From positions 34,465-98,464 of the forward strand of contig CAZYOO010000001.1 in assembly GCA_964649185.1 (NCBI GenBank): a stretch of 64,000 nt of DNA, given 5' to 3'. The position numbers were made by a program, and so were the translations under genes. This document shows positions 63,937-64,000 of the stretch, piece after piece; within the stretch, counting starts at the first letter, position 1; the number at the start of each line of letters is the position of its first letter. Source of the stretch: an uncultured Dehalococcoidales bacterium. GTDB taxonomy: Bacteria; Chloroflexota; Dehalococcoidia; E44-bin15. Below the pieces are notes generated by a model. It saw nothing but the letters and a program-made list of their open reading frames with translations, was not told the origin of the DNA and searched no databases.

Positions 63937-64000
63937 GTGGCTAGAGTAAAGGGCGGCCCCGCCGCACACCGACGCCATAAGAAAGTACTGAAGCTCACAA
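63937..64000 (+). CDS. rplT: 50S ribosomal protein L20, 5' partial (continues beyond the window)
   Basis: A GTG start after an AAGGAGG RBS, then VARVKGGPAAHRRHKKVLKLT…. Confidence 0.75.
   Translation, partial: MARVKGGPAAHRRHKKVLKLT

Overview
A 64 kb GC-rich (roughly 60%) bacterial chromosomal segment carrying about 60 protein genes, 4 tRNAs and several σ70-like TTGACA-N17/18-TATAAT promoters, some of them leaderless. It is mostly housekeeping: a str-operon fragment (rpsL-rpsG-fusA-rpsJ-rplC, no tuf), purF-purM-purH, gltX/tRNA-Gln/glnS, ispD-ispF-cysS, gatB-secG, uvrC, xerC/D-like, lgt, recJ, fabF, mtaB, and thrS-infC-rpmI-rplT. Interspersed accessory blocks are an AmmeMemoRadiSam three-gene system, a CoA-metabolism trio, an HspR-type heat-shock regulon (Hsp20 with a lysine-rich tail, a J-protein, HspR and a ClpC/ClpB-type ATPase), an operon of a nitronate-monooxygenase-like flavoenzyme with three SnoaL_4-type NTF2 paralogues and DUF72, and a tRNA-flanked catabolic-looking cassette. 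That cassette holds two paralogous [HMG-CoA-synthase-like::DUF35 fusion + thiolase] modules around an HSD17B10-like dehydrogenase and a KstD/FRD-like flavoprotein. The cassette is the best candidate for an undescribed system. The lineage cannot be fixed without searches. Archaeal-type genes (TreT-like, HMGCS/DUF35/thiolase, DUF123), HspR and leaderless promoters point to a Chloroflexota- or Deinococcota-like organism, but this is inference only. Coordinates I derived myself (tRNAs, promoters, hairpins, revised starts) were cross-checked against neighbouring ORF-track boundaries but may be off by 1-2 nt.
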